From the NCBI GenBank assembly GCA_964498035.1, contig CAZCFW010000001.1, forward strand, positions 57,286-121,285: DNA of 64,000 nucleotides, written 5' to 3'. Source of the DNA: an uncultured Candidatus Saccharibacteria bacterium. Lineage in GTDB: Bacteria; Patescibacteriota; Minisyncoccia; Phycocordibacterales; UBA9973. The notes beneath the pieces were generated by a model. The model did not search any database and was not told where the DNA came from. It saw only the letters and a list, made by a program, of their open reading frames with translations. How positions within the stretch are numbered: the stretch's first letter is position 1; every line of letters begins with the position of its first letter. Below are positions 27,979 through 37,957 of this stretch, one piece after another. A program made the translations under genes and the position numbers.

Positions 27979-29097
27979 CTATATTCCCTCTTTTTTTAAA
28001 TCTTCGAGGAGTTCTTTGGATTTCTTTGAAAGCTTCGTTGGTATCTTGATCTGGATACGGAGGATGATGTCGCCACGGCGAGAGAGACTGCCACCTTGAG
28101 GCACACCTTTACCTCGCACACGTAGGAGTTCACCATGGTTCACACCTTCTGGGATTGTGACGTCCATGTCGCCATCAAGAGTTTTAAGTTTATATTCAAA
28201 TCCTAGGATTGCATCTGTAAGCTTAATCGGCAAGTCCATCATGAGGTTTGATCCGTCGCGTCTGAAAATAGAGTGTGACTTTACATTTACTTTTATATAT
28301 AGGTCGCCTGTCTGGCCATGAGAGATGGCTTCACCTTTGCCAGTCATTCTTATCATCTCGCCATTGTTTATGCCAGCTGGAATTGCAATGCTGATGTCTT
28401 CCTGCTTATTGTGTACACCTTTGCCTTTACACTCACTACACTTTTCATTTGGAATTTTTCCGGCGCCGTGGCAGTGCTCACACACACGAGCCGTCTCAAA
28501 CGTGCCGAGAATAGAACGCTTCATCTCACGCACTTGGCCTTTTCCATTACAAGTTTTGCAGGTGTCCATCTTTGTTCCTGCTTTTGCTCCGCTACCACTA
28601 CAAGTATCGCATGTGGACTGCTTGCTGATGAGCACAGAGCGCTTCACGCCGAAAATTGACTCCTCAAAGGAAATATCTATCTCAGTAGAAATATCGCGCC
28701 CACGGGCCGCTTGGCCTCGAGAACGGCCACCCATGCCTCCACCTCCGAAAAATTCTCCGAAGATGTCGCCAATGTCGCCCATATCAAACTCCACTCCGCC
28801 TCCTTGCTGGAATCCAGAGAAATCAAATCCACCGAAGCCACCTCCGCCTTGATTGAATCCGCCGTATCCTTGGCCTCCGCCCATATTTGGGCCTGCGCTA
28901 CCGAACCTGTCGTACTGCGCGCGCTTCTGGTCGTCCGATAGAGTCTGATAAGCCTCATTCACTTCCTTGAACTTCGAATCATCACCCTTATTTTTATCAG
29001 GATGGTATTTATGCGCGAGTTTATGATAGGCCTTTTTCATTTCGTCCTTACTCGCACCCTTATTTACTCCCAATATTTCGTAGTAATCTTTAGACAT
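27979..29097 (-). CDS. dnaJ: Chaperone DnaJ
   Basis: J-domain HPD, G/F-rich region, four CxxCxGxG repeats. Confidence 0.97.
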   Translation of the reverse strand: MSKDYYEILGVNKGASKDEMKKAYHKLAHKYHPDKNKGDDSKFKEVNEAYQTLSDDQKRAQYDRFGSAGPNMGGGQGYGGFNQGGGGFGGFDFSGFQQGGGVEFDMGDIGDIFGEFFGGGGMGGRSRGQAARGRDISTEIDISFEESIFGVKRSVLISKQSTCDTCSGSGAKAGTKMDTCKTCNGKGQVREMKRSILGTFETARVCEHCHGAGKIPNEKCSECKGKGVHNKQEDISIAIPAGINNGEMIRMTGKGEAISHGQTGDLYIKVNVKSHSIFRRDGSNLMMDLPIKLTDAILGFEYKLKTLDGDMDVTIPEGVNHGELLRVRGKGVPQGGSLSRRGDIILRIQIKIPTKLSKKSKELLEDLKKEGI

Positions 29098-29194
29098 TTT
29101 TAAATTATACCTAAGTTATAATGATTTGACAAATATGCATTTTAATATATAATACTAAAAAATAACATAATCAATAAACCTAATCTAACCCCAC

Positions 29195-29833
29195 ATGAAA
29201 GCATCAAAACTTTGGCTCACTGACGAGAGCGCTCTTGGATACAGAGCAAGTCACTTCAATTTTATCTGCGCTTATAAAAGTATTCAGACTTTTACTAAGC
29301 TATTAGTTAATGAAGAGAAAATTGAAAAACCAATCGCACCTGAAATCATTGTGGATCTTGGTTGCGGAGTAGGTTTTACAACGAATTTACTAGCAAAAAT
29401 AGATTCATGTAAAAAAGTTATCGGGATTGATTCATCGCCAGCAATGTTAAAAATTGCTACTACCCAACCAAAACTTATGGATCCAAACTTTTTCTTACCT
29501 AAAAAACTTGATCTCGAAGTCGACCCGATTGATTTAGATACAGAAACGGTTGATATGGTCACTTCTTTTGCAGTGTTATCTTACCTTGAAAAAATAGAGA
29601 ATGTATTTAAAGAAACGTCACGCATTTTAAAACCTGGTCAATATTTTGGATTCGATTTACTTATCCATGATAAGCATATTAATGCTATCAAGGTGAATGA
29701 TAAAACCACATCGACTGAATACTTTTCACACCGGGCTGATGTTATTAAATATTTGTTAGAAAATCAAAAATTTAATTTTATATCATCCTCAAAGGAATCA
29801 AAGTTGACTACTTTCCTATTTCAAAAAAAATGA
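29195..29833 (+). CDS. Class I SAM-dependent methyltransferase
   Basis: VDLGCGVG, GIDSSPAML, RILKPG motifs; TTGACA/TATAAT promoter at 29126-29153. Confidence 0.85.
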   Translation: MKASKLWLTDESALGYRASHFNFICAYKSIQTFTKLLVNEEKIEKPIAPEIIVDLGCGVGFTTNLLAKIDSCKKVIGIDSSPAMLKIATTQPKLMDPNFFLPKKLDLEVDPIDLDTETVDMVTSFAVLSYLEKIENVFKETSRILKPGQYFGFDLLIHDKHINAIKVNDKTTSTEYFSHRADVIKYLLENQKFNFISSSKESKLTTFLFQKK

Positions 29834-29839
29834 AATAAC

Positions 29840-29875
29840 AAAAGCGATATTTGCCTAAAAACAAATATCGCTTTT
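29840..29875. terminator. Bidirectional terminator
   Basis: aaaagcgatatttg...caaatatcgctttt between convergent genes. Confidence 0.75.
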
Positions 29876-29883
29876 ATTTTTAT

Positions 29884-31758
29884 CTATTTATTCTCTCCAG
29901 AATCCTTCGCTTCAGCGTCCTTTATTTCTTCTGCTTGCGGTTCTGCAGTTGTGCCGGCTTTTTGCATAGCTTCACCGATTTTAGACATTTCTGTTGAAAG
30001 TTCTTCCACAGCTTTCTTGATAGCGTCGATGTCTGTGCCACCGTTCGCAACGCGAACTGCTGCAATCTTCTCTTCCACACTAGTCTTCAGACTTGCATCC
30101 ACTTTGTCGCCATATTCTTTAATAGATTTCTCAGCAGAAAAGATTATCATTTCTGCAGAATTCTTTTCGTCTACGAATGCTTTCTTCTTCGCATCTTCAT
30201 CGGCGTGGATTTCTGCATCCTGTTGCATCTTCTTGATGTCAGCATCAGTGAGGCCTGAGCCGGCTTCAATACGGATGGTCTGCTTCTTGCCACTTGTCTT
30301 TTCCATTGCAGTCACATTTAGGATTCCGTTGGCATCCACATCAAATGTCACTTCCACTTGTGGCATTCCGCGTGGTGATGGTGGAATACCATCGAGGATG
30401 AATTTACCGAGGGATTTGTTGTCGCTTGCCATTGGGCGCTCACCTTGAGTAATGTGAATTTCCACACTTGTCTGATTGTCTGCAGCTGTAGAGAAAATTT
30501 GAGACTTTGAAGATGGGATAGTAGTATTTCTCTCCACGAGTTTCGTTGCCACGCCTCCTAGAGTTTCGATTCCGAGAGAAAGTGGGATCACATCAAGAAG
30601 GAGCACATCTTTCACATCACCTTGAAGCACACCTGCTTGCACTGCAGCTCCGAGAGCCACCACTTCATCAGGATTGATTGAACGATTTGGTTCTTTGCCG
30701 TTAAATAATTTCTTCACAGCTTCCACTATCGCTGGCATTCTTGTCTGACCTCCAACCATTATGATTTCATTTATTTCACCAATTTTAAATGGAGATGCGT
30801 CCATAGCGCGCTTTGTGATCTCGATAGATTGATCGATAAATTCTTGTGAAAGAGATTCGAGCTGAGCACGAGTCATCTTCTGCACAAGGTGCTCTGGGCC
30901 GTTTGCACCACTTGTGATGAATGGAATATTCACTTCTGTTTCTGGAGTTGTCGAAAGCTCAATCTTCGCTTTTTCAGCTGCTTCGTCTAAGCGCTGTAGT
31001 GCAAGAGGATCTTTACTGATATCAAGGCCAGTAGACTTCTTGAATTCTTCTGCAAGCCAGTTAATTATCTTCTGGTCGATGTCACGGCCTCCCATGTGTG
31101 AGTCGCCATCTGTGGACTTCACTTCAATCACATCGTTTGAAACTTCAAGAACAGACACGTCGAATGTTCCTCCTCCGAAGTCGTACACCACAATCTTCTC
31201 TTCTTTCTTACTATCAAATCCATATGCAAGCGCTGCTGCAGTCGGTTCATTTATGATTCTCTTCACATCAAGTCCGGCAATGAGACCGGCATCCTTTGTG
31301 GCCTTTCTTTGTGAGTCGTTGAAGTAAGCAGGTACAGTGATGATAGCTTCTGTGATCTTCTCACCGAGCTTCGCTTCCACGTCTGCCTTAATCTTTGCAA
31401 GAATCATTGCAGAAATTTCTTCAGGGCGCTTGTATTCGCCACCTATAGCTACTTCCACTCCGCCATCTTTACCAGCTTGAATTTTAAATGGAGCAGTTTT
31501 CTGTGATTTCTGAATTTCTGGATCCTCAAAACGGTGACCCATGAATCTCTTAATACCGTAGATAGTATTCTGCGGATTTGTCACTGCCTGACGCTTCGCA
31601 AGAAGGCCCACCAAACGGTCACCATTCTTTCCGATCGCCACGATAGAAGGTGTGGTTCTCGCACCCTCAATATTCTCGATAATCTTTGGCTGTCCGCCTT
31701 CAATGATCGCTACTGCACTATTTGTTGTACCCAAGTCTATACCAATTATTTTTGACAT
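29884..31758 (-). CDS. dnaK: Chaperone DnaK (Hsp70)
   Basis: [34 protein letters not shown] motifs. Confidence 0.98.
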   Translation of the reverse strand: MSKIIGIDLGTTNSAVAIIEGGQPKIIENIEGARTTPSIVAIGKNGDRLVGLLAKRQAVTNPQNTIYGIKRFMGHRFEDPEIQKSQKTAPFKIQAGKDGGVEVAIGGEYKRPEEISAMILAKIKADVEAKLGEKITEAIITVPAYFNDSQRKATKDAGLIAGLDVKRIINEPTAAALAYGFDSKKEEKIVVYDFGGGTFDVSVLEVSNDVIEVKSTDGDSHMGGRDIDQKIINWLAEEFKKSTGLDISKDPLALQRLDEAAEKAKIELSTTPETEVNIPFITSGANGPEHLVQKMTRAQLESLSQEFIDQSIEITKRAMDASPFKIGEINEIIMVGGQTRMPAIVEAVKKLFNGKEPNRSINPDEVVALGAAVQAGVLQGDVKDVLLLDVIPLSLGIETLGGVATKLVERNTTIPSSKSQIFSTAADNQTSVEIHITQGERPMASDNKSLGKFILDGIPPSPRGMPQVEVTFDVDANGILNVTAMEKTSGKKQTIRIEAGSGLTDADIKKMQQDAEIHADEDAKKKAFVDEKNSAEMIIFSAEKSIKEYGDKVDASLKTSVEEKIAAVRVANGGTDIDAIKKAVEELSTEMSKIGEAMQKAGTTAEPQAEEIKDAEAKDSGENK

Positions 31759-31787
31759 ATGTTTTAATTTAATTAATTATTAATAAT

Positions 31788-32219
31788 TTATTCTGATAAA
31801 TACATTTTTTCCAACTCACTAAATTCTTCTTTTGTTATTTTCTTATCACCTGTATATGCATAACAATACGGTGGCTCTTTAGCACTAGTATAAGTAGTAA
31901 TACAGGATGCTAACTTTGAATCTTCTGTAGCGTCAGAAATTAATACTGTTATTGAATCACGACCAACACTAGAAATTTCCACAATACATTTATTTAATTT
32001 AATATTATAGTGATTTGACCCAGAAATAGTATCATTTTCCCCTACTTTTTTCCAATCATTTACAGCATCTTTTTCTAATTGTAAGCATCTAGATTGGTTT
32101 GCAGATAAGGTTAGAGATGCTTTTTCTTTTGGTAAGAAAATTCCAAAATAGTAACCGATACTAATAGCAACTAAAACAACACCAGCTCCCAAAATATTTT
32201 TAATATCAATTTTCGTCAT
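31788..32219 (-). CDS. Membrane-anchored hypothetical protein with four Cys
   Basis: N-terminal TM segment; SNHYNIKLNKC motif. Confidence 0.65.
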   Translation of the reverse strand: MTKIDIKNILGAGVVLVAISIGYYFGIFLPKEKASLTLSANQSRCLQLEKDAVNDWKKVGENDTISGSNHYNIKLNKCIVEISSVGRDSITVLISDATEDSKLASCITTYTSAKEPPYCYAYTGDKKITKEEFSELEKMYLSE

Positions 32220-32256
32220 GTTTTATATAAATTAATTAATAATATAAATACTACGC

Positions 32257-33132
32257 TTATGTCGCTACATCAAACTTAATATTATGTTTATTTAATAATT
32301 TTACTATGGTTTTTGGGTGGACACCTATTCCGAGGTTTAAAAATTGATTTTCTTCAATTATTTTCTTATTTATCTCAACCATACCTTTAAAACCTAATGG
32401 TAAGGTTACATTTTGCGACTGTATAGCGTAAATATTTCCTTCTGTATCAAATATAGGCCCACCACTTTGTCCTTTTAAACCTGGAGAAGACGTTTCTAAG
32501 AACATAATATCCATTGATTGATCTTTTGTCTTTCCAGACAATATATCTCTCGTGTAAATACCTTCAATGGGAAATAATGCTACAGGCAATAGATTTTTGG
32601 GTAACTCAAAAAGTTTTGTAGTTTCGTTAAAAGTTGCTTTCACTTCTATGAATGGATAGCCGAGCTTACATAAACTTGTTCCGTATTGAATGTTATCTGG
32701 ATTAATTATTTTAGGAAAAACTTTTTGTTCTGCGAGAGTATTCCTATCAACTCTTATAAAAGCAATATCATGTTCTCCGTAAATAAAATGTTCCAAGACG
32801 GGAATTGTCTGCCCAGATAACATTATGGAAAAATTAGTTACCCACTTCGGATTAGGTTTTATCGCTTTCTGAAGAACTTGTCTTTCGTGATTTTTTATTT
32901 TTTTATCTTTATTTATCTTTTCAACTTTTTCATTATAAATTTTGATCTCGTTTTGGTGTTGTTGAAAAGCAATAGCTGCACCTAGGTTATGTGCTGCCGT
33001 AACCAACCATCCGTCATCATTAAGAACTATAAATGCACCTAATCCTGCTTCAATAGTCCCATCATGAAATTGTATCGCTACCACCAATGGATAAGTAAAA
33101 TTTTTTGCAATTTTGTAACCAGTTTTAAACAT
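32257..33132 (-). CDS. Trypsin-like serine peptidase
   Basis: VTAAH, HDIA and GQSGGP catalytic triad motifs. Confidence 0.8.
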   Translation of the reverse strand: MFKTGYKIAKNFTYPLVVAIQFHDGTIEAGLGAFIVLNDDGWLVTAAHNLGAAIAFQQHQNEIKIYNEKVEKINKDKKIKNHERQVLQKAIKPNPKWVTNFSIMLSGQTIPVLEHFIYGEHDIAFIRVDRNTLAEQKVFPKIINPDNIQYGTSLCKLGYPFIEVKATFNETTKLFELPKNLLPVALFPIEGIYTRDILSGKTKDQSMDIMFLETSSPGLKGQSGGPIFDTEGNIYAIQSQNVTLPLGFKGMVEINKKIIEENQFLNLGIGVHPKTIVKLLNKHNIKFDVAT

Positions 33133-33218
33133 CTTTTGATTATATAGTTATTTTTTTATTTTAACAAGTATTTCGTGACCGCTGAATACTTGTATAAATT
33201 GAGTATATATTATAAGAT

Positions 33219-33773
33219 ATGCTTATGTCAAACAAAAGCGATAATTCCCGAAAAATCATTAAGATATTGAGCCAAAAGCCAGCTGTAGCCATAGCTGATA
33301 TCACTAAGAATCTCAATCCTGTGGCGCAAGGACTGTCCTTGCGCCAAAAAGGCTATGCTATTACACGCTCTATCAAGGGGCTGGAAGAGGCAGGATTGAT
33401 AGAGAACATATCTTCTGGCCAAGGATTCTTTGCTCGCCTTACAAAAGAAGGCAAGAAAAAGGCTATGAGCATCAAGCTTGAGAGCGAAGATAGCTTAGTG
33501 AATACTACCTGGGATGGATACTGGCGTGTGATTCTCCTCGACCTACCAGAGAGTCGCAAGAGTGAGCGTGAATCTCTCCGCTACCTACTCAAAAAAGCCG
33601 GCTTCGTGTGCCTCAAGAATTCTGCATGGATCTCCCCTTACCCATTCGAGCATCTATTCACAAATATTAAAAAAGACCTCGGCCTCACAACCGAGCTCAT
33701 GATACTCGTCACTCGCCATGTAGACGAAATGACAGAGTCTTCCTTATTCGAACTTTTTAATTTCACAAAGTAA
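33219..33773 (+). CDS. PaaX-like transcriptional regulator (wHTH plus Cas2-like domain)
   Basis: RLTKEG wing, WDGYWRVILLDLPE, LKKAGF..LKNSAWISP PaaX central-domain pattern. Confidence 0.78.
   Translation: MLMSNKSDNSRKIIKILSQKPAVAIADITKNLNPVAQGLSLRQKGYAITRSIKGLEEAGLIENISSGQGFFARLTKEGKKKAMSIKLESEDSLVNTTWDGYWRVILLDLPESRKSERESLRYLLKKAGFVCLKNSAWISPYPFEHLFTNIKKDLGLTTELMILVTRHVDEMTESSLFELFNFTK
33322..33346. repeat. REP-like palindrome inside a CDS
   Basis: tggcgcaaggac-t-gtccttgcgcca; the 19-bp core is identical to 15597-15615. Confidence 0.75.
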
Positions 33774-33808
33774 ATATTCTTGAACTTTATGTTTTGTGTA
33801 ATATCACT

Positions 33809-33828
33809 ATGGAGACGGCCGTCTCTAT
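33809..33828. repeat. GC-rich palindrome (REP-like or terminator)
   Basis: Perfect palindrome gagacggccgtctc (33812-33825) between convergent genes. Confidence 0.55.
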
Positions 33829-33854
33829 TACGATAATATTTAAAAAAATAAAAA

Positions 33855-34457
33855 TTATTTTTTGTATTCGAAAACTACCACGCGGGCGGGGCGGATTATT
33901 TTGTCGCCGATTTTGTATCCGGATTGAGTGACAGATGAGATGGTGTGATCTTTTGACTCATCGGAAGTCTCAGTCGTGCTGATACTCTCGTGAAGATTTG
34001 GATCAAACTTCACTCCGATTTGATTTATTGGAGCCACATTATTTTCCTCAAGCACGCGGTAGAATTGTGAGCGAATGTACTCGATGCCGTTTCTCCAATT
34101 TGCATCCACCTTTTCCCAAGCTTCCTTATTGCTCATTGCCATATCGAAGCTATCTAGGACTGGAAGTAAATCCTCTATCATTGCAGTAGTCACATGAGTG
34201 CGAAGCTCTTTATACTTCTCACCTTCGCTCTTCTGTAGGTTCACATAGTCAGCTTTCGCTCTCTGCCAGCCTGTGAGGTACTCTTCCTTTTCTTTGCGAG
34301 CCTGCTTGAGATCTGCACGGAGCTTCTTTACCACATCCTTTGTAGGAAGTGCATCTCCGTCTTCAGTACTATCCACAAAAGTCACATCATCCTCAAATGA
34401 TTCTCCGTGTACAGTATCGTCTTCTATAGGTTTTTCCTCAATATTGTCATCATTCAT
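33855..34457 (-). CDS. grpE: Nucleotide exchange factor GrpE
   Basis: QRAKADYVN, LLPVLDSF, FDPNLHE, GYKIGDKIIRPARVVV motifs. Confidence 0.95.
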   Translation of the reverse strand: MNDDNIEEKPIEDDTVHGESFEDDVTFVDSTEDGDALPTKDVVKKLRADLKQARKEKEEYLTGWQRAKADYVNLQKSEGEKYKELRTHVTTAMIEDLLPVLDSFDMAMSNKEAWEKVDANWRNGIEYIRSQFYRVLEENNVAPINQIGVKFDPNLHESISTTETSDESKDHTISSVTQSGYKIGDKIIRPARVVVFEYKK

Positions 34458-34502
34458 GGTTCTAGTATAGCAAAAAACTGAGCTTTTTCAACTCGAAAAA
34501 TT

Positions 34503-35024
34503 TTATAAGTTTGAATGAACAACTATTTTAATATTGTCCGTAGTAGCACTAATTAGGGTAATTTTATATTCCGATACTATTCTACTTTTATTATTAACCG
34601 TTCCAACAGTAATCCATTGGGCAGAATCATCATCTCCCATTAGTTCTCCATCTAGGAGAGATAGCGTGGCAGAGATTTCTCCTGCCCATATACACTGCAC
34701 TCCAGTTGGACACATAGAATCTTCAATTTTAATTAGCGCAATTTTAAGACTATCCTTAAATTCTACGGTTTCATTTAATTTAAGATTAATTGGCGCATCA
34801 AATTTAACCTGCGGGTTAAAATTTTTAATGTCAGGACACTGTGCAAATTCGCAATTTAGACCTGACCTACCCACATATGAACCATCAGGGCACATCTTCG
34901 CATCCATAGTGCAAACCTTTTGTGAATTCTTCACTGGATTATATGCCGCCTTTTTATTTAATGCATATGCTAGAGTTCCACCTACTACTAAAAAACCTAT
35001 TATTAAAATTGTTAGTTTATTCAT
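34503..35024 (-). CDS. Exported Cys-motif protein
   Basis: N-terminal TM segment; CTMDAKMCPDGSYVGR..CEFAQCP and DSMCPTGVQCIWAG modules. Confidence 0.75.
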   Translation of the reverse strand: MNKLTILIIGFLVVGGTLAYALNKKAAYNPVKNSQKVCTMDAKMCPDGSYVGRSGLNCEFAQCPDIKNFNPQVKFDAPINLKLNETVEFKDSLKIALIKIEDSMCPTGVQCIWAGEISATLSLLDGELMGDDDSAQWITVGTVNNKSRIVSEYKITLISATTDNIKIVVHSNL

Positions 35025-35099
35025 AGATACAGTATAGCACCTAAAATAGAAAAATCCGCTTGTGCAGATAAATCTACAAAGCGGACTTTGAATTAAAAA

Positions 35100-35570
35100 T
35101 TACTCAGCCTTAGTGAGGCTGATAGCACGTACAGGGTCATCTGTTTTGGTAGTCTCTACTACAGAAGTGTCCAAAACTGAAAACTCGGCAACCTTAATCA
35201 TATCACCGTAACCTGATTTACAATAGCACTTTCGATTGTACTCCTTTCCATTAACATACATTCTAGTGATCAATTGATGTTCAAAAAATGCTGTTTGAGC
35301 TTCAAAATTCAATTGTGTTTCGGAAAACCAATAATAGGTTTTTGATGAGTCAACATTAAGTTGTAGTAGTTCTTTCTCGAGCAGTTCTTTCGTATTGAGC
35401 AAATCTTTTCTCTCTTTGAGGGTTTGATCGTACTCCGCTTGAACAACTTTCTTTTTTGCATGATTTTGATACATGCGAGCTACTACTATAGCCAGCGAAA
35501 TAATCGCTCCTATCATTGCTAGCCTAATAATGATGGTGAAGGCCTTGTCGGAAAATTCTTCTTTTGTCAT
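35100..35570 (-). CDS. Hypothetical membrane-anchored coiled-coil protein
   Basis: TM segment followed by a coiled-coil-like stretch; own promoter at 35685-35713. Confidence 0.65.
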   Translation of the reverse strand: MTKEEFSDKAFTIIIRLAMIGAIISLAIVVARMYQNHAKKKVVQAEYDQTLKERKDLLNTKELLEKELLQLNVDSSKTYYWFSETQLNFEAQTAFFEHQLITRMYVNGKEYNRKCYCKSGYGDMIKVAEFSVLDTSVVETTKTDDPVRAISLTKAE

Positions 35571-35717
35571 ATGTGTTTGGGTTTAGAAAATAGATATTAA
35601 GTGATCTCCATCTCCGTAAAGAATCAGAGATCACCTAACATTTAAAATTTAAAACCACCTTTTTAAAGAACTATAACTTACAACATTATATCACATAATA
35701 TAGATAAAGTCCAGCAA

Positions 35718-35748
35718 AAGAAAAACCCTTATAATAAGGGTTTTTCTT
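35718..35748 (-). terminator. Terminator of the ribosomal protein operon
   Basis: aagaaaaaccctta-taa-taagggtttttctt. Confidence 0.75.
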
Positions 35749-35761
35749 GGATATTTTAAAA

Positions 35762-36172
35762 TTAACGCTTGGACCATTGTGGTGCCTTACGGGCCTTCTT
35801 CATACCGAACTTCTTACGTTCAACTTGACGAGGGTCACGCTTAAGCATCTTTGCTTTCTTGAGTGTTGTACGGAGTTCTGCGTCGTGTTCTACGAGTGCG
35901 CGAGAGATTCCGTGGCGAACTGCTTCAGCTTGAGCATGTGAGCCACCACCTTTTGTAGTAACTACTACTTCAAACTTTGGAGTGCCACCTACTGCTGTGA
36001 ATGCATCGTTTATGATCTTCTTTAGTTCTGCTGTTGGGAAGTATACTGCAAAATCTTTGCCGTTGATTGTGTATGAAGTCTTACTAGCTGGAATGAGCTT
36101 CACTACAGCAGTAGCAGTCTTACGACGGCCGATTGCGCGAATGTATTCTTTTGTGTTTGCTTTCTTTTCCAT
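35762..36172 (-). CDS. rpsI: 30S ribosomal protein uS9
   Basis: GRRKTATA, GGGSHAQAEAVRHGISRAL, KARKAPQWSKR motifs. Confidence 0.97.
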   Translation of the reverse strand: MEKKANTKEYIRAIGRRKTATAVVKLIPASKTSYTINGKDFAVYFPTAELKKIINDAFTAVGGTPKFEVVVTTKGGGSHAQAEAVRHGISRALVEHDAELRTTLKKAKMLKRDPRQVERKKFGMKKARKAPQWSKR

Positions 36173-36176
36173 AATA

Positions 36177-36530
36177 TTATTCTGTTACTGTTAAGTTCTT
36201 CATCATACCATCGCGTAGTTTGTTTGCTGGAAGCATGTTGAATATCGCAAGCTTGTATAGCTCTACGAAGCCTTTGTGAGTGATGATTGTGGCATTACTC
36301 TTAAGTTTAAGTCCTCCTGGGCGTCCAGAATACTTTTCATGCATTGTTTCAAGCTTTCTTTTCTCAGTCATCTTAGTCTTTGAAGCATTGATGATTGTAA
36401 CTTTTGTCTTTGGAGCAATGTTTGGAGAATAGTCTGGTGAATCCTTACCCATAAGCATTTTAGCTACCTCGGATGAGAGACGACCTAGAACTTTATCTGT
36501 TGCATCAACTGTGATTGTTTTGTTTGTCAT
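36177..36530 (-). CDS. rplM: 50S ribosomal protein uL13 (short form)
   Basis: VDATDKVLGRLSS..LMGK, YSGRPGGLK, NMLP motifs; start taken at ATG 36530 after the rplQ stop. Confidence 0.92.
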   Translation of the reverse strand: MTNKTITVDATDKVLGRLSSEVAKMLMGKDSPDYSPNIAPKTKVTIINASKTKMTEKRKLETMHEKYSGRPGGLKLKSNATIITHKGFVELYKLAIFNMLPANKLRDGMMKNLTVTE

Positions 36531-36534
36531 ATAA

Positions 36535-36888
36535 TTATACAAATTCTATTACAGCCATCTTTGCAGCGTCACCGGCGCGTCTTGGCAATTTAGTAATACG
36601 AGTGTAACCTCCTGTGCGATCCTTGTACTTTGGGGCAATGATATCGATAAGCTTTCCAGCCTCAGCTGTAAGGTTGTAAAGGCGAGCTATCACAAGACGG
36701 CGTGAGTGGATAGTACCTCCGTTTGCAGTCGTAATGAGCTTCTCAATGTGTGGGCGGAGTTCCTTTGCTTTCGCTTCAGTAGTCTCGATACGGCCGTGAG
36801 CAATGATAGCAAGCATCAAACCCTTAAGTAGAGAGTGACGTTGGTTTCTTGTTCTTCCGAATTTTCTGTTATGGTTGTGATGTCTCAT
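36535..36888 (-). CDS. rplQ: 50S ribosomal protein bL17
   Basis: MRH..RKFGR, IETTEAKAKE, GGYTRI motifs. Confidence 0.97.
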   Translation of the reverse strand: MRHHNHNRKFGRTRNQRHSLLKGLMLAIIAHGRIETTEAKAKELRPHIEKLITTANGGTIHSRRLVIARLYNLTAEAGKLIDIIAPKYKDRTGGYTRITKLPRRAGDAAKMAVIEFV

Positions 36889-36913
36889 AAATTAATTTCT
36901 AATGTTTTAATAA

Positions 36914-37894
36914 TTATTCTTTAAGTGAAATTCCGTATGCAGTCAAAACTTTCTTGATTTCTTGAATGCCTTTCTCACCTATTCCTTCGATCTCAAGAAG
37001 GTCTTCTTTCTTCTTGCGAGCGATACCACCTACAGTGCGGATGTTTGCACTCATAAGTGAATTTAATGTTCTTGTTGAGAAATCAAGTGTGTCGATACGA
37101 GTTTTCAAGATGTCAGTGAATTCACCACCTTCTTCTTTACTATCTTTATCTTCCTTCTCACTATTCTTATCATCGCCAGCAACTTCCTTCGCTGTGTTTC
37201 GGCTCACGCTAAAACCAACGATTGATTCTAATTGCTGTACCATGATTGAAATAGATTGCTCAAGAGCTTCACGAGGAGTAAGAGTACCGTCTGTCTCGAT
37301 AGTCATACGTAGGCGGTTGTGGTTTGTCTTGTCACCCACGCGCATGTTCTCTACTTCGTAAGCAACACGGCGGATCGGAGTGAAGATTGCGTCTACAGAG
37401 ATAGAGCCGATATCAGTCTTTGATTTCTGGTGCATATCTTTTGAAACGAAGCCGAGGCCTTTCACGATTGTCATTTCAATATTCATATTTGCCTTGTCTG
37501 TTATTTCTGCGATATACAAATCTTTGTTTAGAACTTCTACCTGTCCAGAAACAGTAATATCACCTGCAGTCACAAGCTTTGGGCCCTTTACTGAAAGTGT
37601 AACTGTCTGAGGCTCATCTGTAAACAAACGGAAACGAACCTGCTTAAGGTGGAGTAGTATTGTGATCACATCTTCTTTTACGCCATCCATAACTGAGAAT
37701 TCATGCTCAACACCATCAATCTTAAGTGAAGTAATAGCTGCACCTGGTAGAGATGATAGGATAATACGGCGTAGTGAATTACCTAGAGTATGTCCATACC
37801 CTGGGTAAAGTCCGTCGATTTCGTAAATGCCCTTTTTTGCATCTTCAGAAACGACTGCTAATTTAGATGGTAACAAAACTTGTATATCAGACAT
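36914..37894 (-). CDS. rpoA: RNA polymerase subunit alpha
   Basis: GYGHTLGNSLRRIILSS, HEFS..GVKED, DAIFTP, alpha-CTD. Confidence 0.97.
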   Translation of the reverse strand: MSDIQVLLPSKLAVVSEDAKKGIYEIDGLYPGYGHTLGNSLRRIILSSLPGAAITSLKIDGVEHEFSVMDGVKEDVITILLHLKQVRFRLFTDEPQTVTLSVKGPKLVTAGDITVSGQVEVLNKDLYIAEITDKANMNIEMTIVKGLGFVSKDMHQKSKTDIGSISVDAIFTPIRRVAYEVENMRVGDKTNHNRLRMTIETDGTLTPREALEQSISIMVQQLESIVGFSVSRNTAKEVAGDDKNSEKEDKDSKEEGGEFTDILKTRIDTLDFSTRTLNSLMSANIRTVGGIARKKKEDLLEIEGIGEKGIQEIKKVLTAYGISLKE

Positions 37895-37957
37895 ATGATT
37901 TTGGCAGCCGAAGCTGCATATATATTTATTATTTATTAAAAATAACCATACGCTCTA

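Noticed and set aside
27630-28099. Small ORFs 27630-27854 (-) and 27833-28099 (+)
   Set aside because: They run across a terminator, palindromes, DnaA boxes or antisense dnaJ, with no coding support.
33219-33773. CRISPR-associated Cas2 gene
   Set aside because: The Cas2-like fold is part of a PaaX-type regulator; no cas1 or repeat-spacer array was seen.
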